Assembly (NCBI GenBank): GCA_951406725.2
Contig: OX597832.1
Coordinates: forward strand, 4,154,001 to 4,218,000
Direction: 5' to 3'
Source: Octopus vulgaris
Lineage: Eukaryota
DNA length: 64,000 bases
The notes beneath the pieces are model-generated. The model did not search any database. It saw only the letters and a list, made by a program, of their open reading frames with translations, and was not told the origin of the DNA. The position numbers and the translations under genes are program-made. Of this stretch, positions 39,295 to 51,395 are shown one piece after another (the stretch's first letter is position 1; each line of letters begins with the position of its first letter).

Positions 39295-39642
39295 GTAGTT
39301 TTATTTTTATAGCGTGCTTTCACTTCACTACCGAGCGCAGCTCTGTGTGCCTTGGGTATGTGCTGTGATTTGTTGTGATGCTCTGATGGTTATTGTATGG
39401 AAAGTGTTCCGCGTAGGATGTGTGCAGTGCCTAGTAGTGCAATTTTCTGTATGTTATATGTGTTTGTAAGTCCTGGTGTTTTTGTTATGTATTTGTCTGA
39501 ATATTTTTTTATCATGCCTAATGCACCTACTGTGATAGGAATTGTTTCTGTTTTCAGATTCCACATTCTAGTTACCTCTATTTCCAGGTCTTTGTATTTT
39601 GAGAGTTTCTCCATTTCTTTTAGAGACACGTTATCATCTGCC
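39295..39642 (-). mobile_element. R4/Dong LINE 3' end inserted in (TAA)n
   Basis: EKLSKYKDLEIEVTRMW...IPITVGALG...IQKIALLGTAHILR (RLE C-terminus), with TAA repeats on both sides. Confidence 0.9.
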
Positions 39643-39714
<72 letters not shown>

Positions 39715-40237
39715 CTTCAAGCATAAATACAAGTTCAACAACTTATGGCAATGATTTTACTTAAATGAAATTATTTATTAGCGACAGAGACAGCGTTAAT
39801 ACCGAGAGGTAAGTTTTATTCCCACTTTAACGTGGATATTCCGTTAAAACAAACTGCGGTAGTTACCAAGAGAGAAACTCATATTGGTTGTTTTGGTGCT
39901 AAATGCACTATTGCTTATATCTTGATTTTTTTTAATGAATTTGGTTTAATTACTTTAATTAATATATTTTCTATTAATTCATGAATCCAAATACAGCTGA
40001 AATGACAGGCGTTGAAGTGGTTTAGCTATCTTATTTAGAGGAACATTTTACTTATAAATTATATTGATATTATTTGCTGGTATTTATTCGCTTAAAGTGA
40101 AAGAAACATCCACCCGGCATCTTAAGAATAAAAACGTGTATCAAATATTTCAAATCAGGAAGTCAGTGCAGACTTTATAGCTATTTTATTCACTCTTATT
40201 TCTGGTCAGTGATAAACAGTGAAGTTAAAAAAGAATG

Positions 40238-40310
<73 letters not shown>

Positions 40311-41611
40311 ACACACACACACAGAAATGCATAGCAGTTTTATATGCTATTTTAATGGAGCATGAAAGACTAACAATGCACAGGAGTTAAGTTCCTGCTT
40401 GACTAGTTTTGGGGTAGCTTATTATTAAATATCGCAACAGTAGCTGTCATTGCTTGTGAGGACTTGATCAATATTATCATAGCATTCTTTTCCATATATC
40501 ACCTATTTTATATGAACAAAATTATGAGAAGGAAAAGAAGTGAAAATAGCGGAGAAGAATGAGAAGTGAGAGGAATGAGAAAAAAAGAGATAACTTAATA
40601 TATTATATTTCAGCCTCGCCAGGAATTTTTAATATATATTTTATTATAGTTTTATATGTGAACATTGGTTTCAAATTTTGGCACAAGACCAGCAGTTTCG
40701 GAGGAGGGGAAAAGGTGATTACGTCGACCACAGTACTCAAATGGTATTCACTTTATCGACATGTGTATATATGTATGTGTGTATGTATGTATGTATGTAT
40801 GTATGTATGTATGTATGTATGTATGTATGTATGTATGTATGCATGTATGTATGTATGTATGTATGTATGTATGTATGTATGCATGTATGTATGTATGTAT
40901 GTATGCATGTATGTATGTATGTATGTATGTATGTATGTATGTATGTCGCCGACGACTCGACCATGCTTGCTTGGTGAGGAGGGTGATTGTTGGACACCCT
41001 GCAGGACGATAAATAAGACCTGTCAAATGGCGGAAGAGCTCATGAGCAGTCAACGGCCATCCAACAATATGTGTACATGTGTATGTATGCATGTATGTAT
41101 GCGCGAGGACGCATAAATACCTGAGTTAGTGTCCAGGTGCGCCGTTGGCCCACTGGAAGTGGAAGGCCCGTTTCGACACTGACAATATTCGATGATATAG
41201 ACTAGTTCTTCTTTTCGAGGTTATGTTGTCAATGTTCAGAGAGTGGGATTGGATTTGTGCAAATACTTTCCCCACTATAAAAAAAATCATCATGCACTGG
41301 CATCGCTTGAAAAGAAAATTTAAGACCTATTACAAAATAGTTGGTCGTAGGCATTTTTTTTTTTTTTTTGAAGCGATGCCTTCGCATAAGTGGGACTTTC
41401 GATCAGGCGATGGCAATACTCGAACACAAGTTTGCAGCCAACATGTATGTATGTATGTATGTATGTATGTATGTATGTATGTATGTATGTATGTACGTAT
41501 GTATGTATGTATGTGTGTATGTATGTATGTATGTATGTATGTATGTATGTATGTATGTATGTATGTATGTATGTGTGTATGTATGTATGTATGTATGTAT
41601 GTGTGTATGTA

Positions 41612-42020
41612 TGCCATTATTCAGTTTTATTTCAAGATTTCTTGCCAATAGAGAAAGAGCAGGTTTCTAACCCATATCCAAAGCTCTTTCGTTGGAATTT
41701 CAACATCAACAACAGGGTACTTTTGTATGTATGTATGTATGTATGTATGTATGTATATATGTATGCATGCATGTATGTATGTATGTATATGTATGTATGT
41801 GTGTGTGCAGATTTGTATGTTTTGTTCTATATATGTATTCTCATGCATATAGTTGCATATCTAGACATGCTCATATATATTTAAATAATAAATTTTTGGC
41901 AAGTTTTACAGATTTTTACAGTTCCAGTGATGGATTGGATCTGTAGTCTTCGAATTAGCTTTCTCCTCTCTGGTTTTTGAGAAGCCTAATCTCTCAAGAT
42001 TGGTATTTAGGCAGTGTGTA
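41612..42020 (-). mobile_element. Second R4/Dong-type 3' end associated with (CATA)n
   Basis: HCLNTNLERLGFSK..RRKLIRRLQIQSITGTVKICKT is homologous to 37790-37900. Confidence 0.75.
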
Positions 42021-42199
42021 TCTCAGGGATCATGTATGTATCAAAGATGCAGCAGCACTTTCTACAAACAGAATAGCATTGCAGGGGGACAAAGCTAACA
42101 CGACTGTCCGGCCATAGCTGAACACATCATGCCCCGTCTTCTCCCACCTGATATCCTTGGTCATCGTCGACAACGACGGACGAACTTAAAATAACAATA

Positions 42200-42418
42200 A
42201 TCTTTTTTATTACAGGCTTAAGCCCTGAAATTTTGGGAAAGAGATACAGTCGATTCCATCGTCCCCAGAGCTCAACTGGTACTTATTTTTCATAAACCCC
42301 GAAAAGGTGAAAGGCAAAGTTGACCTCAGCAGAATTTGAACTCAGTACGTAAAGACGGGCGAAATGCCGGTAAGCATTTTTGTCCGGCGCGATAATGATT
42401 CTGTCAGCTCGGTGCCTT
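42200..42418 (-). mobile_element. SINE family A (alternative tail)
   Basis: Body aaaggcaaagttgacctcagcagaatttgaactc. Confidence 0.8.
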
Positions 42419-42421
42419 CTG

Positions 42422-42490
<69 letters not shown>

Positions 42491-43045
42491 TGCCCTGATG
42501 CAGTACCAGGCAGTGGCTCTCATGGCTTCTGATCTTAACTGATTGGAAGTGTTATCATGTACGTTGTTTTGTCTTGGTATAAAAGATGGGCTACAGCAAA
42601 TATTCTGCTCAATACCACAGATTTGCTTGTCAGTTGTTTGACCTTAACCAGTTGAGCATGTCCCTTAGTGGCTGACGATATGTGCATCTCTGATCACGAG
42701 CAGAAGTAGTGGGGGAGCATCATAGCCATGTGTTGAGAGGGATTCTTTGGGGTTTGAATAATTCACCTCTGGAAACATGGGTGGTTCTTTCAACATCCTT
42801 AAACAACCCTTATTCAGGGACCTTTTGAGCGGGATGGGCTACTCAACCTGAAGAAAATTCTAACTGGGCCCCACCTGCAAGGTCATGTGCTGTTTATCTT
42901 GATATGAGATCACCATGTCGCGCACATATGGTTGTGATGCATGTGCCTGGTGTACCCTTATCAGACGGGGAGTCATGATGGGTATATTGGGCTTCGTATA
43001 TTTTACCCCAGTGTCACTTTGATGGCATGCACTGCTCTCTCACTC
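42491..43045. mobile_element. 555-bp non-coding element flanked by (TAA)n
   Basis: Sharp boundaries with TAA arrays on both sides and no recognisable ORF. Confidence 0.6.
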
Positions 43046-43077
<32 letters not shown>

Positions 43078-43078
<1 letters not shown>

Positions 43079-43291
43079 TTTTCTACTATAGGCACAAGGC
43101 TTGAAATGGCGAGGAAGGGCACTAGTCGATTACATCAACATCAGTGCGTAACTGGTACTTATTTCATCGACTCCGAAAGGATGAAAGGCAAAGTCAACCT
43201 CGGCGGAATTTGAACTCAGAATGTAACGGCATACGAAATACGGCTACGCATTTCGCCCGGCGTGCTAACGTTTCTGCCAGCTCGCCGCCTT
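43078..43291 (-). mobile_element. SINE family A (tail ...ttgtgcctatagtagaaa)
   Basis: Intact head ggcggcgagctggcagaaacgttagcacgccgggcgaaatgcgtagccgtatttcg. Confidence 0.9.
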
Positions 43292-43294
43292 AAA

Positions 43295-43362
<68 letters not shown>

Positions 43363-43369
43363 GTAGTAA

Positions 43370-43431
<62 letters not shown>

Positions 43432-44309
43432 TCCACCATAGGATTGCAGAAATACCTTCTTCAGAAGCAACAGAAAAAGATCCCCGAAAATTTCAGACCT
43501 TGTGTCGATAGAAGAGAGATAAATAAATGTTTACCATATATACAGCGATGGTGAATGAAAAGATGTATAGAAAAGTTTATATTCTTTGATTGGAAATTAA
43601 ACTATTCGCCATTTGATGTTGTCATAAAAATTGGTTTGAAGCAGTATTATTTTTTTGTTTCTGTTTTCACCATGCAAAGAAGCCCTGCAGCTTAAGGCAT
43701 AGCAGAAATTTAATTCCTATGGTTTCAAATTGGAATAAAGATCTTGTGGCATTGTAGCCCAAACTAGAGCTTATCTCCTTTTCCATGGTGTTTGCCTTGC
43801 TGTAAATCATTAAGGTGTGATTGCCTTGCTGTAAATCATTAAGGTGTGATTGAACACGCAAAGTACGACTGAATATAAACTACTGAACCGAAACTATTAC
43901 TTTCTATCTTTCCTGTCTGGTTTATGGTTATTAAGTAACGAGCATGCGATAATCTATTTTACCTTTCAACAATTTATAATACATGAATATGAAAAGCAAT
44001 TTCTCAAACTTTACAGCAAGCTGAGTTCGATATATCGATTTCGATTCCCAATCACAATCCCATTTCAGTTACATCATAAATGACTCTTCCGTAACCTGTT
44101 TGTTTATTCCCACAAAACAAATCAATAATTAATAAAAGGAAAAAAAATATCTGATCATCCTTAATCAAAATGAACTATTAATGAAATCTAGCGCACCGAT
44201 TTTCATGAATTAAACCGTTATCTCTCAAAAAGAACTTTGCCGTGTTGTAATTCTTTTGTTCTACTAAACTTCAGTTTACTCACAACTAACTGAATGTGAT
44301 TCCATTAAT

Positions 44310-44525
44310 AGTTCTTTCTACTATCGGCACAAAGTCTGAAATTTGGTGGGAAGGAGCTAGTCTATTACAGCAATCACTGTATCAATTGGTACCTATTTTG
44401 TCGACCCCGAAAGGTTGAAAGGCAAAAGTCGACTTCGACAAAATTTGAGCCCTGAACATAAAGCTGAAAGAAATGCCGCTAAGCACTTTGTTAAGTGTGT
44501 TAACGATTTTGCAGCTCGCTGCTTT
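44310..44525 (-). mobile_element. Degenerate SINE family A
   Basis: tcgaccccgaaaggttgaaaggcaaaagtcgac body. Confidence 0.7.
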
Positions 44526-44874
44526 TGATTCCATTGATTGCAACGATTTTTTCCTGTTAGCACCACATAGTTTAAGAGGACGGTTAAGCACTTAGCGTTT
44601 CTTATCTCAACAACACGTATAAACTCCTTGGGCAAAAATCTGTCACATACTCTGTCGTGTACTGTACATCTCCTTCGTCCTAAAATCTTTTGGATACTTC
44701 TAAACTTGATATAGTCTTCGGTCTAAAGTTTTCCATGACGCTTTTCATTTACTTATGATATGATCACTGTATATTTCGTATGGATATATTACTCGCACAA
44801 AACATATGCCGCTGTCATCTTTAAACATCGACCTTACATGCAAAAGATAAATAGGATCCCTCACGGCTGTAGAT

Positions 44875-45070
44875 TGGAGGAATGGTTAAAGCGTCGGTCA
44901 AAATGTGTTGGGATATTTTTCTGGCTCTTTATGTCTTGAGCTCAAATCCCGTCAGTGTTAGTTTTGTCTTTCATCCCTCTGAGATTGATAAAATAAAGCA
45001 CTGGGATCGATATAATTGACTAAACTCTTGCAAATTTACTAGCTTTGAGCCCGAATTAGAAATGATTATT
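44875..45070 (+). mobile_element. Old SINE family A-related copy
   Basis: gagctcaaatccc...gtctttcatcc...gataaaataaagcactgggatcgat. Confidence 0.55.
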
Positions 45071-45146
45071 TTATCAAAAACTTTACCATATTGATCCCTT
45101 TGTCTTTCATTCTTCTGTTTTCATTTCTCATATGTCTCTCCTTCCG

Positions 45147-45187
<41 letters not shown>

Positions 45188-46829
45188 TGCTCTTTCTCTG
45201 TCATTCATGCACATTCTTAGCTTTCTTTTCCTATATCACCTTTATTTCTATCTATCTAACTTGCTAGCAATGTCTTTATTATCTTCTTTTCTATCTCTAT
45301 CGTCACCTCTCTCTTTTTTGTCTTTTCTCTACATCCCCCACTTTTCTTTCTGTTTCATCACATTTTTTCCTCTCCCGTTCTCCTTTCTTCCTTCTTTACT
45401 CTCACTTTCATCGCATTTTCTCTTTTCATCCGATAATTAAAACAGGCAACTTCATTGTATAAAACAGTGACCTGGGTTATAGGCTTTGAGGCGACAAAAT
45501 CCCTGCCGTTAGAAGTGATAGCAATGTTTCAGATGGTGATCTAAAATGTCTAACTACAGACGTAGCTACAGTGGACGGCCACCCGGAGTGATCAATCAGC
45601 AGCGACGTCTGTCGGATATCCCATACAAATTAATTAAACAACTACGGAACCTGAGTCGGAGCAGACGACACACAATTGCAGACCTCCATTGAACAGGACA
45701 ATTCATGTATAATGTGAGATCTGCCGAGAAAGTGAACCGCTTGGTGAGAGTTGACAACCCTTTTCACCTTGCCGACAATAACTTCTTTGTCTGGCTTGCA
45801 AAGAAGTGCTGAAATTTTGACGTTTAGCAGACGAGTTATTTTACCCTACTTAAATCGGAACATCGAACTTAATCTAGAAGCAACGTCACCGGCTTGTTGA
45901 CGTCACACTAAGCTCATTTTCCGTTCATTGTTGTCATTAAGCTGCATTAGACGGCAACTTTAGCTCCATTGTCAAGAGGTAGCAAAAGTCCTCCAGAAGA
46001 TTCTACACCGTACAACTTAATGGACACATAATTGGCTTAGGCTGTATTGTATTACCATGTCATGCTACAGGCGAATACTTGAAAGCAGACTTCTTACCAC
46101 CTGTCGGCGTTGTTGGTTTTGAGTCGTTTTAGCTATGAATTGTGGATGTTTAGATATGACAGACGACTCTTGCACCCATCTACCTATCACATTTACTGTT
46201 CATACATTAAACAGACCCTCATAATTATTGAATTCTTTCTGACGTTTATGCTTTTGTTTAGTTATTTTTTCTTCTTTATTCTTATCTTTATTTCTTACGT
46301 TCTTTCAATTTTTTTTTTCTATTTTCCTTCCTTACATTTTTTTTTTCTGATTTCGTTTAAATGTTAGTTTTATTGTTGTTCTTTCAATGTTTTTTCTCTG
46401 TATATTAAACTCTCTTCCGAAACAAACCGAAATCCAGGTGATCACTTTCGCTATGACAGTAGCAGCAGCATTAGAAGAAGAAGAAGAAGAAGAAGAAGAA
46501 GAAGAAGAAGAAGAAGAAGAAGAAGAAGAAGAAGAAGAAGAAGAAGAAGAAGAAGAAGAAGAAGAAGAAGAAGAAGAAGAAGAAGAAGAAGAAGAAGAAG
46601 AAGAAGAAAAAAGTAAAGCCATCCTAATAGCTGTAACGCAGCAGCAGTACCAAACAACCGTGCATGAGTGCAGACAGTAATTCCGAAGAGATTATTTACA
46701 ATTTTAATATTGGTACCTCGCAGTTCGCGGTTCAAATTGCGCTTAAGACGATAAGATAACTATCAGACTCAATAAACTATATCTCAAATTTAAAGGTGAC
46801 TTTTTGTGTAAAGAAAGGTTTATTTAGCG

Positions 46830-47506
46830 CAGTGGTCCTTAACCGGGCTCGATATGACCCCTGGGGTCCATTTAAGATTTTGGTGGTCCACGCAAGCAAA
46901 ATAGTAAACTGGATACACACAGAAGTATATTAAAGGTCTATGAAAAAAATAATTTAGATGTATTTATTGGAAGAAACAACTAGGTTTCTTTCTCCATAAA
47001 TAGGAAAATTTTATTCTTTTATATAAAACAGTTTATAAGATGCTCTAGATCCCCTGATCTGAGCCCTCTTTATTTCTATCTTTGTGGGCATTTGAAAGGC
47101 ATGGTGTATCGCGAAAAGATAAAAAACATAAATCATTTGAAGGAACGTATCACCTACTCATTTGCACAAGTGTCGCCAGATGTGCTATTATGAGTTCACA
47201 ATGAGTTGGGTAAACGTATTGCAATGTGTATTCAAAACAATGGTAACCATATAGAACCTGTTAGATAAAAAAAAAACTGTTCTTATAAACTGTTTCTTAT
47301 AAAAAATAAATCGTGCGTATGTATGGCGATTTTTGAATCACCCTGTATGGCTCAACCTACATAAGTTAATATCTGAAAAACAAAATGAGAATTTTGAATA
47401 AAGTATTTATATAACTAGTTTTTAAACATCGGATGGCTATGGGGGTCCACTAGAATAAAATAAGAATCAAAGTGATCCATAGATAAAAAATGTTTGAGAA
47501 CCACTG
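46830..47506. mobile_element. hAT (Charlie-like) MITE carrying a nested Tc1/mariner-superfamily fragment
   Basis: Termini cagtggtccttaac / ttgagaaccactg with 8-bp TSD (a/g)tttagcg. Internal 47040-47345 reads RSPDLSPLYFYLCGHLKGMVY...CIQNNGNHIE plus a TIR ending tcaccctg-TA. Confidence 0.8.
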
Positions 47507-49029
47507 GTTTAGCGGACATTGTAATCCCAGAATGGTCGAACGTCATAATTTCACTTTTTTTTCCTTTTGATGATTTATAAACCTCCACCGCCATCACCTG
47601 AGTATACAACAGAGAAACTGAATTCTTAATGATTTAGAATACTTCATTTGGATTTATCTAAGGTTAGTTTTGCGTAATATCCCACCAGCGTCGGTATTAT
47701 TAAATTATCACTAACATTACACTTCACAAAACGTGTTAATAATAGTAGTAGTAGCAGTGAGGGTGATGTAGGAGTAGTGAAGTAATAGAATGCAGTGGTT
47801 TTGTGAGTGCTACCAGTATTAGTTATGGTACATTATAGTATATAATAGCAAACAAAGAGAAAGCGTTTGAAGGATAAAGAGACTAGAGACGAAGAAAATA
47901 AATTTGAAATGAAAAGAGATGAAGCTTAAGAAGTGTTTATATATTTTTCTTTGTTTTTTTTTTGTTTTTTTAACACCGATTGTAAGATTTCCATCAAAAG
48001 AATTGTCAAATGTGCAGTAATTGCTGACAGCCTAAAGTAATTTGAAAAGAAAAAGAATGGTGAGTAGTAACAAATGTTCTTTAGAATTTTAACGAGACAT
48101 AATAGGGTTGCTAAACTGAAATTTAAGTTTGCCGAAATAAGCTGCTGGTTATCAAACACTACCAATAGAAACTAAGTTAGCTGTCAGCTTCTTAGCTAAA
48201 CATTTATTGCGACAAAAACTCGCTTTACATTGACGTGTAAATCTTGAAAAAAAATTCCTTAAATCTTGATTTCCTACAGTTGGGACTGTGTAATTGTTGC
48301 CATGTCAGACATAGAAATCAATTCGAAGGAAATGTAGAAATACAATATTGAAAGGCTTTGATCTTTTCTTTCATGATCAGGTTTTGCTTGGAAAGTGGAG
48401 CCAATGTGATTATTAGGCGATAGGATACCCTGATGAACTGTGAGAGACTAGATTCATACTGTTTTCCTTCTTTTTAGTTTCTGAAGGCTTCATTTTTAAA
48501 ATTTATATATAATATTAGGGTGATGAATTTGGCAGACAAATTTCTTCCGGCTGAGTTCAAATCCCACCGCGACCAGCTTTGTTTTTCCCCTCTGCGGTAG
48601 ATGATATTAAGCACAAGTCAAACACTGGGGACGATCTGATCGACTAATTCCCTCCCCTCAAGATTGCTTTTAATATTTGTATTCAAAAGGTTGTACTAAA
48701 TTTATTTAAAAACTGCACCAGACCAATGACATAAAGTTCTGTACGATGGTGTGTACTGAAATATGGAAAACATCGTAAGTGTTCGAGTGTTCCTTCATCG
48801 AAATTAAGACAACGATATATTAAAATGCTGAACTTTAGAAAACATATTCTTATTCTTTAATTACGAAGACTGAATTGTCTTCTTTCCCCAAGATTCAAAT
48901 TTTAAAATACGTAAACCAAAGATTCTCAATCGATTGTAACTTCGCAACGCACTGGAAGCAATTTTTTTTCTTTTTTAAAGCTTAAAATTTCGAAAGATAT
49001 ACAAAACTATTCCTTGTTTTAGTAATCAT

Positions 49030-49495
49030 ACTTATCTTTTATCCTTTACTTGTTTCAGACATTAGACTGTGGCCACGCTGGGGCACCGCCTTGAAGAATT
49101 TTTAGTCGAATGAATCGACCCCAGTATTTATTACTTTAGTTTATTTATTTACATATTTATTGTTAAGCCTGGTACTTGTTCTATCGGTCGGTTTTGCTGA
49201 ACTACTAAGTTAAGGGGACGTAAATACACCAATACTGGTTGTGGGGAACCAACACAAAAACGAACACACATACAACGTGTGTGTGTGGCAAGCTTCTTCC
49301 AGTTTCCATCCACCAAATCTACTCACAAGACTTTGGTCGACCCGAGACCGTAGTAGAAGACACTCGCCCTAAGTGCCACGCAGTAGGACTGAAACCAGAA
49401 CCATTTGGTTAGGAAGCAAGCTTTTTACCACGCAGTAGGTCTAAACCCGAAACCAAGTGATTCGGAAGCAAGCGTTTTACCACACAGCTACACCC
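49030..49495 (-). mobile_element. SINE family B with duplicated tRNA head
   Basis: Tail acttgtttcagacattagactgtggccacgctggggcaccgcc. The head segment ccacgcagtagg...ggaagcaagc..ttttacca is repeated twice. Confidence 0.8.
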
Positions 49496-49849
49496 TTGAC
49501 TATATTTATATCTATGTATAAAACAAATTATGAACAGCGCTTTATTTCCAAGACATTCAATCGTAAGTAAAGATTTTCTGAAGTATTAATTATATTTTAA
49601 AATATCAAAGGCGGCGAGCTGGCAGAAACGTTAGCACGCCGGGCGAAATGCGTAGCCGTATTTCGTCTGCCGCACATGTGTTCGTGGTAAAAATTGTTGC
49701 TTCTTGGTGTTAATATTGTTAATAACTGCTGTTTCTAATAACTGTTGTTTCTTGTTAAACTGTTGAATAACTTAACTGTTGGAGTTTTCATTTGAAAACA
49801 CTTAGTGCTTGTAGTAGCACGCGTTGTTCATTCCCCCTTTGGGGGGAAG

Positions 49850-51384
49850 AATGTCGTCTAGCATGGAGCCTACTGTTGGAGCAGAAATACTTGTTTCTCC
49901 TGTTGAGAGGAGGAAATACATGTCCGGCGAGGAGCCAACTACAGACAGGGAAATAAGGGTTTCCCCCGCTACAAGAAAGAATAGCAGAATAGATAATATA
50001 TTTGATTTTTTTGGAGAGCTGTCTGAAAGCTCGTCAGAAGTTTCACCAGAAGAGTTTCCGACTTTGCCAGAGAACAAAGGCATTGTGTCGAAAAGAATAA
50101 TTGATGTACCTAGCATCCAGACAGAACCAAAAAATGGGAAAAAAAAGTTTTGCGTTGGCTGCTGGGGGTGGAACCCGGCTGCTGTCGACGAATAAAAGCG
50201 ACTTTATGAAATCCAGCCAAATGATGAAAATAACTGACAACGTTGTGAAAATTGAACCTCTGCAAAAGTTATTACAAGAAGAAAAGCAAAAAACAATAAT
50301 TTTCAAAACATATTGTCTACAAAAAAGAAAAATTGAAAGAATGTCAGAAGAGAAAATAGAAAAGTGCTTAAAGCCAATATGGGGCGACGTAGTTTATCTG
50401 AGAAGAGGCAAGAAATTCGGAACGGTGGAAGTAAGGTTCACCAATAAAGAAATAGCACACAAGAACTCAGTAGAAACGCTGAAAACGAACGACGTGGAGC
50501 TCATCCCCTATAATATATGGGGATGAGAACGTCCAGAATAAAAATTACAAGGGTCCCCCCGGAAGTGGTCCCTATGTGGTTGTTGGCAGCAGTCCTAATC
50601 GAAGAGGTAGAAAAAAATTACTCTCCTCCAGGCTACCGCTACGGAAAACCCACGCTGGGATGGTCAAACAATTAATCTTCTCATTCAAGCGGACCCTAAA
50701 ATAATTCAAGCAATTCCCGAGACAATTGAGGTAGGGGAGGAGAACCTCGTGGTGTTTGTTGAGGGCCGAAAACCTCGATGTTTTTTATGTGGTCAATTAG
50801 GCCACATTCGAAGGAACTGCAAGGAAAATGAAGAAGAGGAGGAAGAGGAGAAAAAAGACAATTAGGAAGAAGAAAAAGAAGAAATAGATGAGGAAAAAAC
50901 AACAAACAAAAGGAAAATACAACCAGCAACTCAGCCGAGAGCGGCGACTACAACAGAACAACAACCAAAAAAGACTGCCAGAAGAGAAAAAGAAGAAAAA
51001 GGCATAATAGCCGTATACACTAAAGATACTGAGCTCATGAGAGACATTCAACTGATAAAGACTGTAAAAAAAATAGATAACCTTTCAGAGGAATTTATCA
51101 ATTACGACATATATGAAGTCTCAAATAAGACTCATAGAATTTTACAAGACAAATACAGAAAGACAGTATCTTCATTGAGATTAGATTTTAACAAGTCGAT
51201 ATTTCATGGATTACCAGCCCCGATCCCGCGAGAAAAGGAAAAGGTGGAGATTCCCCCTCCACCTGATAATTCTGTGTCGGTGGTGAGACGGGATTTTGAC
51301 AAATCTATTTCCCAAGACCGTCCACCTCCAACCCTGGATCAAAAAAAGGTGGAGGGTCCCCCTCCACCGGACAATCCTGATTAA
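49850..51384 (+). pseudogene. Tx1 ORF1 (gag-like, CCHC knuckle), frameshifted
   Basis: RRM-like KFGTVEVRF region, then GRKPRCFLCGQLGHIRRNC at about 50764-50820, then an acidic/Pro-rich tail. Confidence 0.85.
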
Positions 51385-51395
51385 ACAGGTAAGTC

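Noticed and set aside
43792-43852. 29-bp tandem duplication, checked as CRISPR-like
   Set aside because: There is no spacer and the context is eukaryotic, so it is a simple slippage duplication.
45898-45905. CRE palindrome TGACGTCA within a unique-looking ~700-bp block
   Set aside because: An 8-mer is expected about once by chance at this window size, and there is no promoter evidence.
46387-46680. Poly-Glu ORF (and the poly-Ser ORF at 31750-32004)
   Set aside because: These are (GAA)n/(TTC)n microsatellites.
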